Shown here: positions 1 to 8,193 of the stretch, piece by piece | Numbering within the stretch: the stretch's first letter is position 1 | Layout: every line of letters starts with the position of its first letter | Source of the DNA: a virus | Reading direction: 5' to 3' (one strand) | Length of the DNA stretch: 59,578 bases | IMG/VR virus record: IMGVR_UViG_3300045988_174428 | Notes under the pieces: generated by a model | Databases searched by the model: none | What the model saw: only the letters and a program-made list of their open reading frames with translations | What the model was told of the DNA's origin: nothing | Position numbers and translations under genes: made by a program

Positions 1-55
1 TCACAGCAGGGCCCCCTCGCAGTCGACACGGACCTCGAAGGGCAGGTCCATCAGC
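1..55. repeat. 55-bp exact direct terminal repeat, copy 1 (copy 2 at 59524-59578); circular-assembly overlap
   Basis: Read directly: 1-55 is identical to 59524-59578. The minus-strand ORF ending at 1-3 (TGA) overlaps, through the junction, the GTG start of the ORF 58892..59527. Confidence 0.95.
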
Positions 56-213
56 GTGTCGTTGAAGCGGGGGTGGTGGGCGAGCTCGTCCACCGCCTGC
101 CAGTAGTCCCTGTCGTCCTCACCCGCGTTCGGGTGCCCGAACGGGTAGCGGGGCAGCCCGTCCAGGTTCATGTTGACGATGTCGACAACCATGTGTTCGA
201 TGTCAGTTGCCAT
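1..213 (-). CDS. hypothetical protein (70 aa)
   Basis: ORF track 1..237. Internal ATG at 213 is preceded by AGGAAGAGAGGA. The stop forms a GTGA overlap with the next gene across the circular junction. Confidence 0.6.
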   Translation of the reverse strand: MATDIEHMVVDIVNMNLDGLPRYPFGHPNAGEDDRDYWQAVDELAHHPRFNDTLMDLPFEVRVDCEGALL

Positions 214-233
214 CTCTCTTGTTCCTCTCTTCC

Positions 234-593
234 TCACTTGAAGACCTTCCAGGCCTCATCGTAGCGAAGCACCCTGTCATTCGACAGGACGATCTCATTC
301 TCCTTCAGGGCCACGATCCACTGGGCCCGGGCGTGGCAGACGTTCACCGCCGCCCAGTAGGCCTCGAAGCGCCGGTCCGCCTCGGCGAGCAGCTCCTCGA
401 CGTCCGACACTGACAGGCTCCTAAGGTTCCGAGTGACGCGGATCTGCCGGTGCTTGACGACGAGGCCCCGAACGGGGGCCCCGAACAGGGCCACCGTGTA
501 GGACCCGTCCTTAGTCCTCACACCGCGGGCGTGGTCCAGGTGCTCGACGTCGTCCAGGGACCGCCCCGTATGTTTGGCCAGCGCCCGAGCCAT
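234..593 (-). CDS. hypothetical protein (119 aa)
   Basis: ORF track 234..653. Start moved to M21 (MARALAKHTG) because the upstream gene ends at 617. GC3-rich frame. Confidence 0.6.
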   Translation of the reverse strand: MARALAKHTGRSLDDVEHLDHARGVRTKDGSYTVALFGAPVRGLVVKHRQIRVTRNLRSLSVSDVEELLAEADRRFEAYWAAVNVCHARAQWIVALKENEIVLSNDRVLRYDEAWKVFK

Positions 594-616
594 GATGTCC
601 TTATAGGGTCTGGGGG

Positions 617-976
617 TCACTCCTCGTCCGCCTCCTTCTCCTCGCGGAGCCACGCTTCCACCTCACGGCGCGACGCCTCCATCTCTTCACGGAACCGCGC
701 CTTATCCTTACGAAGCTCCTCCTCCATCTCGCGCGCCCGGTCGGGCAAGCAGTCGTATCGGATGAACTCCGCCAGGGCGCCGGGATCGTCGGCGAACTGC
801 TTCTTCAGGACGATCCTGATTTCCCAGCCGTCCCGGACCTTCTCGAAGACAAGGGCGGACAGGCGGAAGAACTTTGCGTCCCCCACCGGTCCCTCCACCT
901 CCTTGACGAACCGGTCGAGCCAGTGGTCGGCCTGGCCCTGGGTCTCCCAGTACTTCGGCGGCGTCAGGTCGCTCAT
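617..976 (-). CDS. hypothetical protein (119 aa), member of paralog family a (motif KKQFADDPGALAEFIRY)
   Basis: C-terminal part of ORF 617..1585. Starts at MSDLTPPKYW with an ATGA overlap onto the stop of 976..1791. The rest of that ORF is Arg-rich shadow. Confidence 0.7.
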   Translation of the reverse strand: MSDLTPPKYWETQGQADHWLDRFVKEVEGPVGDAKFFRLSALVFEKVRDGWEIRIVLKKQFADDPGALAEFIRYDCLPDRAREMEEELRKDKARFREEMEASRREVEAWLREEKEADEE

Positions 977-1791
977 CAGTTCTCCTCCTTCTCGGCGTCC
1001 TCGTCGATCAGCCAGCTGATGGCAGCGTGCATCTCCTCGGAGTCCTCGGGGCTCATCATCGCCTCCGCCGCCCGCTTGATGAAGAACGTGTCGCTGTTCT
1101 TGGAGGACAGCCTGGTCACCATGCACCGTGAGCCGCCGTCCTCCGGGTAGCGCAGGTCGACATCCAGGCTCAGCGCCCGCCCGGAGCGCTCGTTGACGAA
1201 GATCCAGTCCGAAGACGGGTCCTGCTTCACGTCGGCGAAACCCTCCTCCGGCTGGAGGTCGATGTTGCCCACGATGGTCTCGCGGATAAACTGGCGCACA
1301 TTCATGGCGCCCTTGTCGTAGGCGTCGGCGAGCACCGCCCTCAGGTCGTCGTCGACCTCGACGCTGCCCTCGTCGTTGTAGTAGATCTTCCCGTCCTCGC
1401 GCTCGCCCCCGGCCAGGTGGTGGATCATGTCGAGCGCGGTGCCGATGACGTCCCCGGCCAGTTCGCTCATGGCCTCGTCCATCTCCGCCTCGCTGCCGGT
1501 CCACCCGACGCCGGAGCGGGACCAGTCCGACGCCCACCACTGAAGGTCGGGGTCGTGCTCGTCCGCGCCCTCGTCGCGACCCCACTGGAGGTGGATGGTC
1601 TCCTCACTCCAGGCGGTGTCCTCGTTTCCCAGGTCGATGACGAGGCGGGCCGTCCCGTCGTCGCCGGGGATGAGGCGCAGGTCGTGGTCCTCGTCGTCCT
1701 CCTTGCCGGGGAAGTAGACGCTGACTCCGTAGGGCAGCGCCCGATCGAGAGCCTCGGCCAGTTCGTCCCAGTCGTCCATAGTCTTGGCCAT
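976..1791 (-). CDS. hypothetical acidic protein (271 aa)
   Basis: ORF track. AAGGAG lies upstream of the ATG at 1791. Protein-like composition. Confidence 0.75.
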   Translation of the reverse strand: MAKTMDDWDELAEALDRALPYGVSVYFPGKEDDEDHDLRLIPGDDGTARLVIDLGNEDTAWSEETIHLQWGRDEGADEHDPDLQWWASDWSRSGVGWTGSEAEMDEAMSELAGDVIGTALDMIHHLAGGEREDGKIYYNDEGSVEVDDDLRAVLADAYDKGAMNVRQFIRETIVGNIDLQPEEGFADVKQDPSSDWIFVNERSGRALSLDVDLRYPEDGGSRCMVTRLSSKNSDTFFIKRAAEAMMSPEDSEEMHAAISWLIDEDAEKEEN

Positions 1792-1827
1792 GATGTTCTC
1801 TCCTTCTCTTCGTTGGTTTCATGAACC

Positions 1828-1900
1828 GGCCCCCGGGGAGGACTCGAACCTCCCTTTATTCCTCCGCAATAAAGCGCAATAACCTTATTACGGCGGGGGC
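1828..1900 (-). ncRNA. tRNA-like element A (73 nt, full cloverleaf size, non-canonical anticodon arm)
   Basis: Minus strand reads GCCCCCG-CC-GTAA/TAAGGTTA/TTGC-G-CTTTATT/GCGGAGG/AATAAA(G)-GGGAGG/TTCGAGT/CCTCCC-CGGGGGC-C. It has a perfect 7-bp acceptor, a D-arm with GG and a T-loop TTCGAGT. The anticodon-like arm has a 7-bp stem, no U33 and no variable loop. Confidence 0.6.
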
Positions 1901-1911
1901 GCGACTGCTCG

Positions 1912-2313
1912 CTACTTGCGCAGCAGCCGCCTTGCTGTGGCCCCGGAGGCCGTCAGGCCAAGGGAGCCGTAGTGGACCCCATTCCGACGCACGTTGCGTC
2001 CGGGGGTGAGGATGTCGTCGCGTTCGGGGAACAGGTCCTCCGTGGTCTGCTGCACCATGCGCGACACGACCAGGAACGTGTCCTCCCGGTAGGGCGGGAG
2101 GAAGGCGTGCGTGGCCCGCCCCTTGCACGACACGGGGATGCGGGTGATGCCCCGCCAGCCGGGGACGGTGGCGTCAACCTCGGTCATGCCCTCGTCCCGG
2201 TGCCGAACAGTGGGCGAGTTGCCGTCAGGCTGGAGCACCATGATGGTAGTCTCCCTGTCGGCGGGGTCGATGATGCGCAGCGGCCTTCCGGTGAGGTTGA
2301 GGATGCGCGCCAT
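1912..2313 (-). CDS. hypothetical protein (133 aa), paralog family c (N-terminal NLTxxxL motif)
   Basis: ORF track. Resembles 8593..8943 (MARILNLTGRPLRII vs MTTIYRNLTPHALSV, and later PGR..R...G). Confidence 0.7.
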   Translation of the reverse strand: MARILNLTGRPLRIIDPADRETTIMVLQPDGNSPTVRHRDEGMTEVDATVPGWRGITRIPVSCKGRATHAFLPPYREDTFLVVSRMVQQTTEDLFPERDDILTPGRNVRRNGVHYGSLGLTASGATARRLLRK

Positions 2314-2567
2314 CAGTTCTGCTCCTTCTTCGCCTGATACTCCTTGATGAAGTCGGCCAGGGAGTCGAGGTCGTCCTCGAATCGCTTGCGCAGATCGTAG
2401 AACGTCGACCAGCGGATCGGGACCTCCTTGAAAACCCGGTCGAAGAGGACCGGGTCAGATGAGAGATCCTGGTACTGGGGGCCCAGGTTTTCGTGGATGA
2501 ACTTCTGGAGCCAGGCTGCGGCGTAGTACGCCTCGCTCCAGGAGTGCCGGGGCTTGTTGCCGCTCAT
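2313..2567 (-). CDS. hypothetical protein (84 aa), paralog family a
   Basis: ORF 2313..2636 trimmed to M24 (MSGNKPRHSW). ATGA overlap with the upstream stop at 2564. Motif RKRFEDDLDSLADFIKEY. Confidence 0.7.
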   Translation of the reverse strand: MSGNKPRHSWSEAYYAAAWLQKFIHENLGPQYQDLSSDPVLFDRVFKEVPIRWSTFYDLRKRFEDDLDSLADFIKEYQAKKEQN

Positions 2568-2785
2568 GCGTGCTCCCCGACGTCCTTGGGCTCGGGCCCA
2601 TCGTTCGTGACCATCACGGGCCGCCCGGCCTCCCACTCCTCATCCGTCTTCCCCGCCCTGTACTTCTCGATGAAGTTGATCAGGCCGTCGGGGTCGTCGA
2701 CGAACTGCCGCCTCAGGCGGTAGCAGATATACCAGCGCACCCGGTGCATCTCGAAGACGGCCTCGAAGCCGCCGTTCTCGCTCAT
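2564..2785 (-). CDS. hypothetical protein (73 aa), paralog family a
   Basis: ORF track. Motif RRQFVDDPDGLINFIEKY. 4-nt overlaps with both neighbours. Confidence 0.7.
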   Translation of the reverse strand: MSENGGFEAVFEMHRVRWYICYRLRRQFVDDPDGLINFIEKYRAGKTDEEWEAGRPVMVTNDGPEPKDVGEHA

Positions 2786-3579
2786 CGGTCCTCCTCCTCC
2801 TCACTGCGCCCGCCGCTGACGGCGGCATTGATGAGGCCCGTCATGGCGCAGAACGGGTACGACACGCCCCGCGAGCCCATCGTGATGTCGACATCCCCCA
2901 GGTTCGTCCCCTCCCGTGTGGACAGGGCGACCTCGGCCCTGCCCCGGTCGGTGCGGATCTTGATGACCCGCTCCGGCAGGTTGATGTTGCTCATCCCGAG
3001 GGCGGGGAACACCGCCACCGTGAAGGGGACCTCCTCCAGCAGGAGGTAGTCGACCATGGTGGTCAGCGCCCGGCGGGCCAGGGTCTTGTCGGCCCGCTCC
3101 TGCACGTATTCGGTGAACTCGCCCATGTTCTTCGCCTCGCAGGCGTAGTCGCAGAAGTCGGCGATGATGGACTCGTCCCACTCGAAGTAGTCCCCCGTGG
3201 TCCACGCACCGGGCAGGTGCTGGCGGACCTGGTCGGCGGCCCGCTTCTCGATGACTCCGGCGACCTGCTTGGGGGTGACGTCGGTCAGGGTGCGCCCGTC
3301 GGTTCCGGGCTCGTCGACGAGGAGGTTGAAGCAGGGTTCGTACTCCCACTTCTCCTTCTTCTCCGCGCCCGTCGGAACCCGGGGGTAGTGGTACAGGGAG
3401 GCGATGTGCTCCTCCTTCTGGTTCCACCACGAGGTGAAGATGTCGACATCGCCGGGGTCGGCCAGCGGGTAGGCCGACACGAACCCGTCCCGGCCGAGGA
3501 GTCCGGGCAGTCGGTCCTTCACCTCGGCCCAGAACTCGGCCATGTCCTCGTCCATTTCGATCCTGTCGTCAGCCGACAT
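2782..3579 (-). CDS. hypothetical acidic protein (265 aa)
   Basis: ORF track. GC3-rich frame. Overlaps its neighbours by 4 and 11 nt. Confidence 0.75.
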   Translation of the reverse strand: MSADDRIEMDEDMAEFWAEVKDRLPGLLGRDGFVSAYPLADPGDVDIFTSWWNQKEEHIASLYHYPRVPTGAEKKEKWEYEPCFNLLVDEPGTDGRTLTDVTPKQVAGVIEKRAADQVRQHLPGAWTTGDYFEWDESIIADFCDYACEAKNMGEFTEYVQERADKTLARRALTTMVDYLLLEEVPFTVAVFPALGMSNINLPERVIKIRTDRGRAEVALSTREGTNLGDVDITMGSRGVSYPFCAMTGLINAAVSGGRSEEEEDR

Positions 3580-4312
3580 GGTTCTCCTTCCTCTCCTTCT
3601 TGTTCTTCTCGATCCTGTTGTTCAGGAACAGGGCGGCCCGCTCGCGAACCTCCTGAACCTCCGGGATCCCGTAGGCCAGGTGGTAGTGCAGCCCGTATCC
3701 GTCCCGGTCCAGGAGATTGACGTCGATCAGGCCGTCGTCGTCGGGTGCGACGGCGATCTCGACACTCCCGTGCCCGCCGGTGAGGTACCGGATCATGTTC
3801 GGCGTGCTCTCCTTGGTCACCCGGAGGGGGATGTCGTTGTCCAAGTCCGTGGCGAAGTCGCCGACCCAGCACCATGCCGCGAACCGGCGCACCTCGTCCC
3901 GGTACTCGCGCAGGTCCGTGGTATTCACGTCCAGGCTCTCCGTCATGTTGTCCGACTCCCAGCACAGCCCGTCGTAGTCGTCCCAGACCAGCGGGACGTC
4001 CCCGACGAGGACGTTCAGGGCCGAGTGGTACACGGCCAGGGCGATGTTGCGGGCGTATCCCGACTCGTAAGGAATGGGGTCCATGGGCTCGCCCTTCAGT
4101 GTGACGAAGAACGAGCTGCCCACGCCGATGTCGTCGTCCGTGCTGATGACGCCGAGCACCTTGTCTCCGCCGACACCGTGCAGGGTGACGACTCCCGTGT
4201 TCAGGTCCAGGCGCAGCATTCGTATCACGGCCTCCGTCGGGATGTTCGACAGGACCTGCATCCAGATCCGGGTGCGCTCGTCGAAGGTCTCCCAGGTGAT
4301 CTCCTCGATCAT
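3569..4312 (-). CDS. hypothetical protein (247 aa)
   Basis: ORF 3569..4738 trimmed to M143 (MIEEITWETF). ATGA overlap with the stop of 4309..4626. The upstream part of the ORF is shadow. Confidence 0.7.
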   Translation of the reverse strand: MIEEITWETFDERTRIWMQVLSNIPTEAVIRMLRLDLNTGVVTLHGVGGDKVLGVISTDDDIGVGSSFFVTLKGEPMDPIPYESGYARNIALAVYHSALNVLVGDVPLVWDDYDGLCWESDNMTESLDVNTTDLREYRDEVRRFAAWCWVGDFATDLDNDIPLRVTKESTPNMIRYLTGGHGSVEIAVAPDDDGLIDVNLLDRDGYGLHYHLAYGIPEVQEVRERAALFLNNRIEKNKKERKENHVG

Positions 4313-4626
4313 ACGTTCCTCTCCTTCTCCGCCCGCTCTCGCCGGTCCCGGATCACCTCGTGCAGGACCAGGAAGTTGGCTAGCGCCGCGATCACCTGGT
4401 CCTCCCGCGCGCTGCCGCGCTTGAACGTGATTCTCCGGCCCTTGTCGTCGGCGTCGTGGTGCACCGAGGCGATGCTGTTCTCCCCAACCGGGGCCAGATA
4501 GATGACCGCGTGCGCTCCCCCGGACCCGGGGATCTCGATAAGGGCGTAGGTCTGCTGTCCTCCCGTGACTCTGGCCGAGGGTGTGTCCCTGGTGATCCCG
4601 GCGACGATCTGCTGAAGTGTTCTCAT
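4309..4626 (-). CDS. hypothetical protein (105 aa)
   Basis: ORF 4309..4710 trimmed to M29 (MRTLQQIVAG). AAGGAG lies 5 nt upstream of the ATG. Confidence 0.7.
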   Translation of the reverse strand: MRTLQQIVAGITRDTPSARVTGGQQTYALIEIPGSGGAHAVIYLAPVGENSIASVHHDADDKGRRITFKRGSAREDQVIAALANFLVLHEVIRDRRERAEKERNV

Positions 4627-4675
4627 TCTCCTTCTCTCTCTCTCTTCCTTCAATCGGTTCCTGTTTTGGAACCCG

Positions 4676-4771
4676 TGCCGGGCGGGGGAGTCGAACCCCC
4701 GGAGATTCACGTCCGCAGTACGGCCCGTACCGACCCATAAACGCGACGCCGTTCCCGATCCCGTCCCCGGC
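4676..4771 (-). ncRNA. tRNA-like element B (96 nt composite; T-arm plus acceptor closing a structured insert)
   Basis: Minus strand reads GCCGGG(G)...CGGGGG/TTCGACT/CCCCCG-CCCGGC-A, a 6+6 bp coaxial helix. The insert contains the hairpin CGGTACG-GGC-CGTACTG. No canonical D or anticodon arm. Confidence 0.5.
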
Positions 4772-4786
4772 TGTTAACGTGCGGGG

Positions 4787-5176
4787 CTACCACACGTAGA
4801 TCGACACGCCCCGGCCGCTTCCCGGGATCGGGTTCGCGCACCGGGCGCAGTCCGACTCCCCGGCCACGTCGGCCCTCCCGAGTTCGGCCGGCCTCACCTC
4901 CCGTTCGCAGCTACGGCACAGGGGTCCGTAGGGCTGCTGAGCCGAGCGCGAATCCAGGTACACGTATCCGCCATCCATGAGGGCGTTCAGGACGGACATC
5001 CACTGTCCACAATCCCGGAGCCACCCACTCACCTCGTCCTCGTCCACGGCGAGGCGCCTCAGGATGCCCCGGACGTCCTCCCCGGTCACGATCCGCTCCC
5101 GCCACGGCCAGTCGCATCGGCGCGTGTTCAGCATCTTGACCACGACACGGGCCAGGGCCTTCTCGTTACCACACAT
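4787..5176 (-). CDS. hypothetical Cys-rich (zinc-ribbon-like) protein, paralog family b, C-terminus IYVW
   Basis: ORF track. Shares GY.YL...YGPLC...C..C...IYVW with 5166..5615. The start could instead be the internal MLNTRR. Confidence 0.65.
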   Translation of the reverse strand: MCGNEKALARVVVKMLNTRRCDWPWRERIVTGEDVRGILRRLAVDEDEVSGWLRDCGQWMSVLNALMDGGYVYLDSRSAQQPYGPLCRSCEREVRPAELGRADVAGESDCARCANPIPGSGRGVSIYVW

Positions 5177-5615
5177 AGATGGTCACCTTGTCCGTGGCAC
5201 CGGCCGCCATGCGGCGGCAGTCGACACAGACGGCGCCCACCCAGGACGGGTCGGGAACCTTCCCGACCTTTCGGGCCTGGTACTTGTAGCGCGCCTCATG
5301 CTGAGGGCACAGCGGCCCGTAGTGGCGGTTCCCGTCGTCGGTCCAGTTCTGGGGCAGGACGACATAGCCCTCCCCGTTCAGGGCCGCTTCGAGGAAGCCC
5401 CGGAGCACGGGCTCGGCGAGCGGATCCCTCCCATCGTAGGGCTTCCTACCGAGCAGGTCGTTGGCCAGGCGGCGCAGACCCTCCCACGTGAGGACATAGT
5501 CGGCCCAGCTGGGCGCCGGGTTCCACTCGGGCGAGGCGTCCGCCTCCAGGGCCTCGACGATGCGCTCGATGAGCTCGTCGGTGTCGGTCTTGGCCTCGTT
5601 CTCGTTTTCGTTCAT
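5166..5615 (-). CDS. hypothetical Cys-rich protein, paralog family b, C-terminus IYVW
   Basis: ORF track. Tandem paralog of 4787..5176 with an 11-nt overlap. Confidence 0.7.
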   Translation of the reverse strand: MNENENEAKTDTDELIERIVEALEADASPEWNPAPSWADYVLTWEGLRRLANDLLGRKPYDGRDPLAEPVLRGFLEAALNGEGYVVLPQNWTDDGNRHYGPLCPQHEARYKYQARKVGKVPDPSWVGAVCVDCRRMAAGATDKVTIYVW

Positions 5616-5652
5616 GAATGCTTCCTCTTCTCGTTGGGTTGGTTGTTGCTGT

Positions 5653-6312
5653 TCAGACCTCGAACCGGAGGAACGACACGGCCGGGGCGATGACGTCCTC
5701 GTCCCGCATGACGCCGTAGTCCACTCCCGCGACCGTGCGCCCCGCTTCTCCGTACTTCCCGCCGCGTAGGAGGATCGAGGCCATGGGCTCGTCGCCGTGG
5801 ATCACCACGGTGCGATCCTTGCGACGCACTGTGATCCCTTCGGGCTCCCAGACGGCCGTCAAGGACTGCCTCTTGAGCGCCTCGCGCAGGGCGTCGGCGA
5901 GGACGGCCCGGTACTTGAACCCCGTGATGTGGGTTGCGTACAGGGCCAGGTCCGCGACGTCCTCGAACCGGGTCAGAGCCGCCCATGCCTCCCCCGTCGG
6001 GGCCCACTGAATGTTCTTCCCCGCGTCGTCAAGTTCCAGAGGCGGTGCGACGGGCAGTGGAAGGCCTTCCAGGACCTTCTCGAATGCTGCGTCGGTGAGA
6101 AGGCGGGCCACCGTCTCCGTAGTGCCCCCGCCCAGGCACACCGGCGGACGCTGTCGTCTCATGACGATGCGGTTCCGCTCGACATCGGCCAGGATTGTCG
6201 CCACTCGTCCCCGGCGCAAGAACACGCCGTTCTGGCACACTCCGATGCTGTCCCGGAAGGGCCGGGGGAGGCGGGCGAGGACCTCGTCCCACAGTCGCTT
6301 CTCCTCGGTCAC
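5653..6312 (-). CDS. hypothetical protein (219 aa)
   Basis: ORF track. GC3-rich frame. Confidence 0.7.
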   Translation of the reverse strand: MTEEKRLWDEVLARLPRPFRDSIGVCQNGVFLRRGRVATILADVERNRIVMRRQRPPVCLGGGTTETVARLLTDAAFEKVLEGLPLPVAPPLELDDAGKNIQWAPTGEAWAALTRFEDVADLALYATHITGFKYRAVLADALREALKRQSLTAVWEPEGITVRRKDRTVVIHGDEPMASILLRGGKYGEAGRTVAGVDYGVMRDEDVIAPAVSFLRFEV

Positions 6313-6614
6313 TCAGAGGTCCTCCTCTCCTTCAGGACGGTGTACATATACATTCGGATCTCACCGTCCAGGTCATCGTTCGCGGTGAAGACCCCGTCGG
6401 CCTGGGACCGGAAGGTGTTCCAGACCGCGTCGAGGTTCTCCCGGCTCATCGGAAACGCCGCGAGCCGGATGATTTGGACCGGACGGATCCGCTTGTCCAT
6501 GCTGTCGTCCTCGAAGACGAACCGCAGGGCGTTGCGGGCCTCTCCCAGGTTTCCTGCGAGCAGGGCTCCCCGGACGAGCCGGGCCTGTTCGTTCAGCCAA
6601 GTGGTCAGATTCAT
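6309..6614 (-). CDS. hypothetical protein (101 aa)
   Basis: ORF track. 4-nt overlap with the downstream gene. GAGAGGAAG lies upstream of the ATG. Confidence 0.7.
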   Translation of the reverse strand: MNLTTWLNEQARLVRGALLAGNLGEARNALRFVFEDDSMDKRIRPVQIIRLAAFPMSRENLDAVWNTFRSQADGVFTANDDLDGEIRMYMYTVLKERRTSE

Positions 6615-6645
6615 GGTGATGCTTCCTCTCTTCCGTGTTGCATCG

Positions 6646-6697
6646 CGCTCCCGGCGGGGCTCGAACCCGCTGCGCGGCCTTAAAGGGCGACAGGAGC
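6646..6697 (-). ncRNA. tRNA top-half mimic C (52 nt)
   Basis: Minus strand reads GCTCCTG-(20 nt linker containing GCC/CTTTAA/GGC)-GCGGG/TTCGAGC/CCCGC-CGGGAGC-G, followed by CGAT. The acceptor is 7 bp (one G-U) and the T-stem 5 bp, giving 12 bp. Confidence 0.6.
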
Positions 6698-6743
6698 GGC
6701 CGGGCGGGGCGTAACAGAAGTTCGTCCCGCGCCGGCCCGGTTC

Positions 6744-7358
6744 TCAGTTGGCCTCGATAATGGCACCGTAGAAGCGCAGGGCCCCGGTGAAGTCCTCCTC
6801 GTTGAAGAGGGTCGGGTTCCAGCGCCAGGAACCCACCTGGCCCTCCACGTACTCCGAGTCCCAGCTGCCGCTGTGGGGCGTCCCGTCCGGACCCCAGACG
6901 AAGCTCACGGCGTCGCCCTGCACTGCGCCGTCGGGCGCGGGGAGGGTGAAGACGACCTGGAGGCTCCCGTCATCCCAGGGGTAGAAGTCGACACGGGCGT
7001 CGGTGGCAATGGTCTTGCCGCGCAGCCATTCCCAGTAACCGCTGGCCGCCACGGCGTTCGTCTTGAGCGGTCGCAGCACGTCGTCGACAACGCCGTCCTC
7101 AGCCGCCAGGGCCGCCTCATAGTCGCACACGGCCTCCGAGCCTTCATAGTGGTAGCCGCCCTTGGGCGTCCCGTCCGCGGTCCACATGTAGGTGAGAAAC
7201 GAGATATCGGCGGGGCAGTCCCCATTGGCCAGGTCGACGACGACGGTGGCCCCGCCGTCGGGCTCGGCATAGATCACGGTCCGTCCCGCAATGGCCGGGT
7301 CGAGGAACCACGGCTCCGTGACGGCAACCGCGGGCGGGGTAGTGGTATCGGCGTTCAT
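6744..7358 (-). CDS. hypothetical protein (204 aa) with two internal repeats, paralog family d
   Basis: ORF track. Repeats SF.TYMWTADGTPKGG and SFVWGPDGTPHSG resemble 7467..7748. Confidence 0.7.
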   Translation of the reverse strand: MNADTTTPPAVAVTEPWFLDPAIAGRTVIYAEPDGGATVVVDLANGDCPADISFLTYMWTADGTPKGGYHYEGSEAVCDYEAALAAEDGVVDDVLRPLKTNAVAASGYWEWLRGKTIATDARVDFYPWDDGSLQVVFTLPAPDGAVQGDAVSFVWGPDGTPHSGSWDSEYVEGQVGSWRWNPTLFNEEDFTGALRFYGAIIEAN

Positions 7359-7398
7359 AATGATCCTCTTCTCTCTTCCCTATTTGTTCGAGGGATCG

Positions 7399-7441
7399 CG
7401 CCCGGGGGAGGAGTCGAACCTCCCCTTAAGACCATCCGGGC
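7399..7441 (-). ncRNA. tRNA top-half mimic E (43 nt)
   Basis: Minus strand reads ACA-GCCCGGA-TGGTCTTAAGG-GGAGG/TTCGACT/CCTCC-CCCGGGC-G-CGAT. It can be read as a 7-bp inner plus 5-bp outer helix (12 bp). Near-identical architecture to G, with compensatory stem changes. Confidence 0.65.
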
Positions 7442-7466
7442 TGTTATGAGGCGCTCACGCTCACAC

Positions 7467-7748
7467 TCACATGTATCCCGCGAGCGTCTGTGCGAGCGCG
7501 TCCTCATTGAGGAGGGTCAGGTTCCGGCTGTAGTAATCCGGCTGCCCGATCGCCTCCTCCTCCATCGTGCCTTCCACGGGACGCCCGTCGGCGTCCCACG
7601 TGAAAGAGGCGTACAACGAGTACCATCCGCTCTGGATATCCTTCCAGACCGCCTTCATACTCCCGTCATTCATAATCCGGAACTCATCGGGGAACGGGAG
7701 CGAGAGATTCCGCTCCCGCCACGCCTCGAATCCGGCCTTCGCACTCAT
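7467..7748 (-). CDS. hypothetical protein (93 aa), paralog family d
   Basis: ORF track. SFTWDADGRPVEG motif. Confidence 0.7.
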   Translation of the reverse strand: MSAKAGFEAWRERNLSLPFPDEFRIMNDGSMKAVWKDIQSGWYSLYASFTWDADGRPVEGTMEEEAIGQPDYYSRNLTLLNEDALAQTLAGYM

Positions 7749-7766
7749 TATAGCTTCCTCTCTCTC

Positions 7767-8051
7767 TCAGCGAGCGGCCCGACGGGCGCGATGGTCCCGC
7801 ATGGCCTTGTACTCGTTCAGGAACGGGCGGACCCAGTACCTAAGGTTCGGCAGCGGGTCCCAGTCCCCGGTCCTGCGTCCCCTACGGGCGGCCTGGAACA
7901 GGATATCCCCGGCCGCCTTGAAGTCTTCGTCAATCTTCAAGCGGTACAGCCAAAGGCCGTACTCGCCGATGGCCCTGCGTCCGAACTTGACGGCATCGTC
8001 CAGGTAGTCATTCGTGACCCGCACGATCCACTCCCGAGTTCCCGCGTCCAT
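7767..8051 (-). CDS. hypothetical protein (94 aa)
   Basis: ORF 7767..8504 trimmed to M152 (MDAGTREWIV). GAAAGGAAGAG lies upstream. The remaining N-terminal part is Pro/Arg shadow. Confidence 0.65.
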   Translation of the reverse strand: MDAGTREWIVRVTNDYLDDAVKFGRRAIGEYGLWLYRLKIDEDFKAAGDILFQAARRGRRTGDWDPLPNLRYWVRPFLNEYKAMRDHRARRAAR

Positions 8052-8090
8052 TGTCTCTTCCTTTCGGTTGTGTGCCGCTTCGCGGCATCG

Positions 8091-8135
8091 CGCCCCGGGC
8101 CCGCGGCGAACGGGCGATGGTTCTCCCTCCGGGGC
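8091..8135 (-). ncRNA. tRNA top-half mimic D (45 nt)
   Basis: Minus strand reads GCCCCGG-AGGGAGAACCATC-GCCCG/TTCGCCG/CGGGC-CCGGGGC-G-CGAT. Perfect 7+5 bp. Flanked 5' by a GAAA-tetraloop hairpin and 3' by the hairpin TGCCGC-GAAG-GCGGCA. Confidence 0.6.
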
Positions 8136-8193
8136 TGCCGTAGCGGACTTTCGTCCCGCCGCGGCTCGATTTTGCGGGCTGTTGTCGTTGTTG

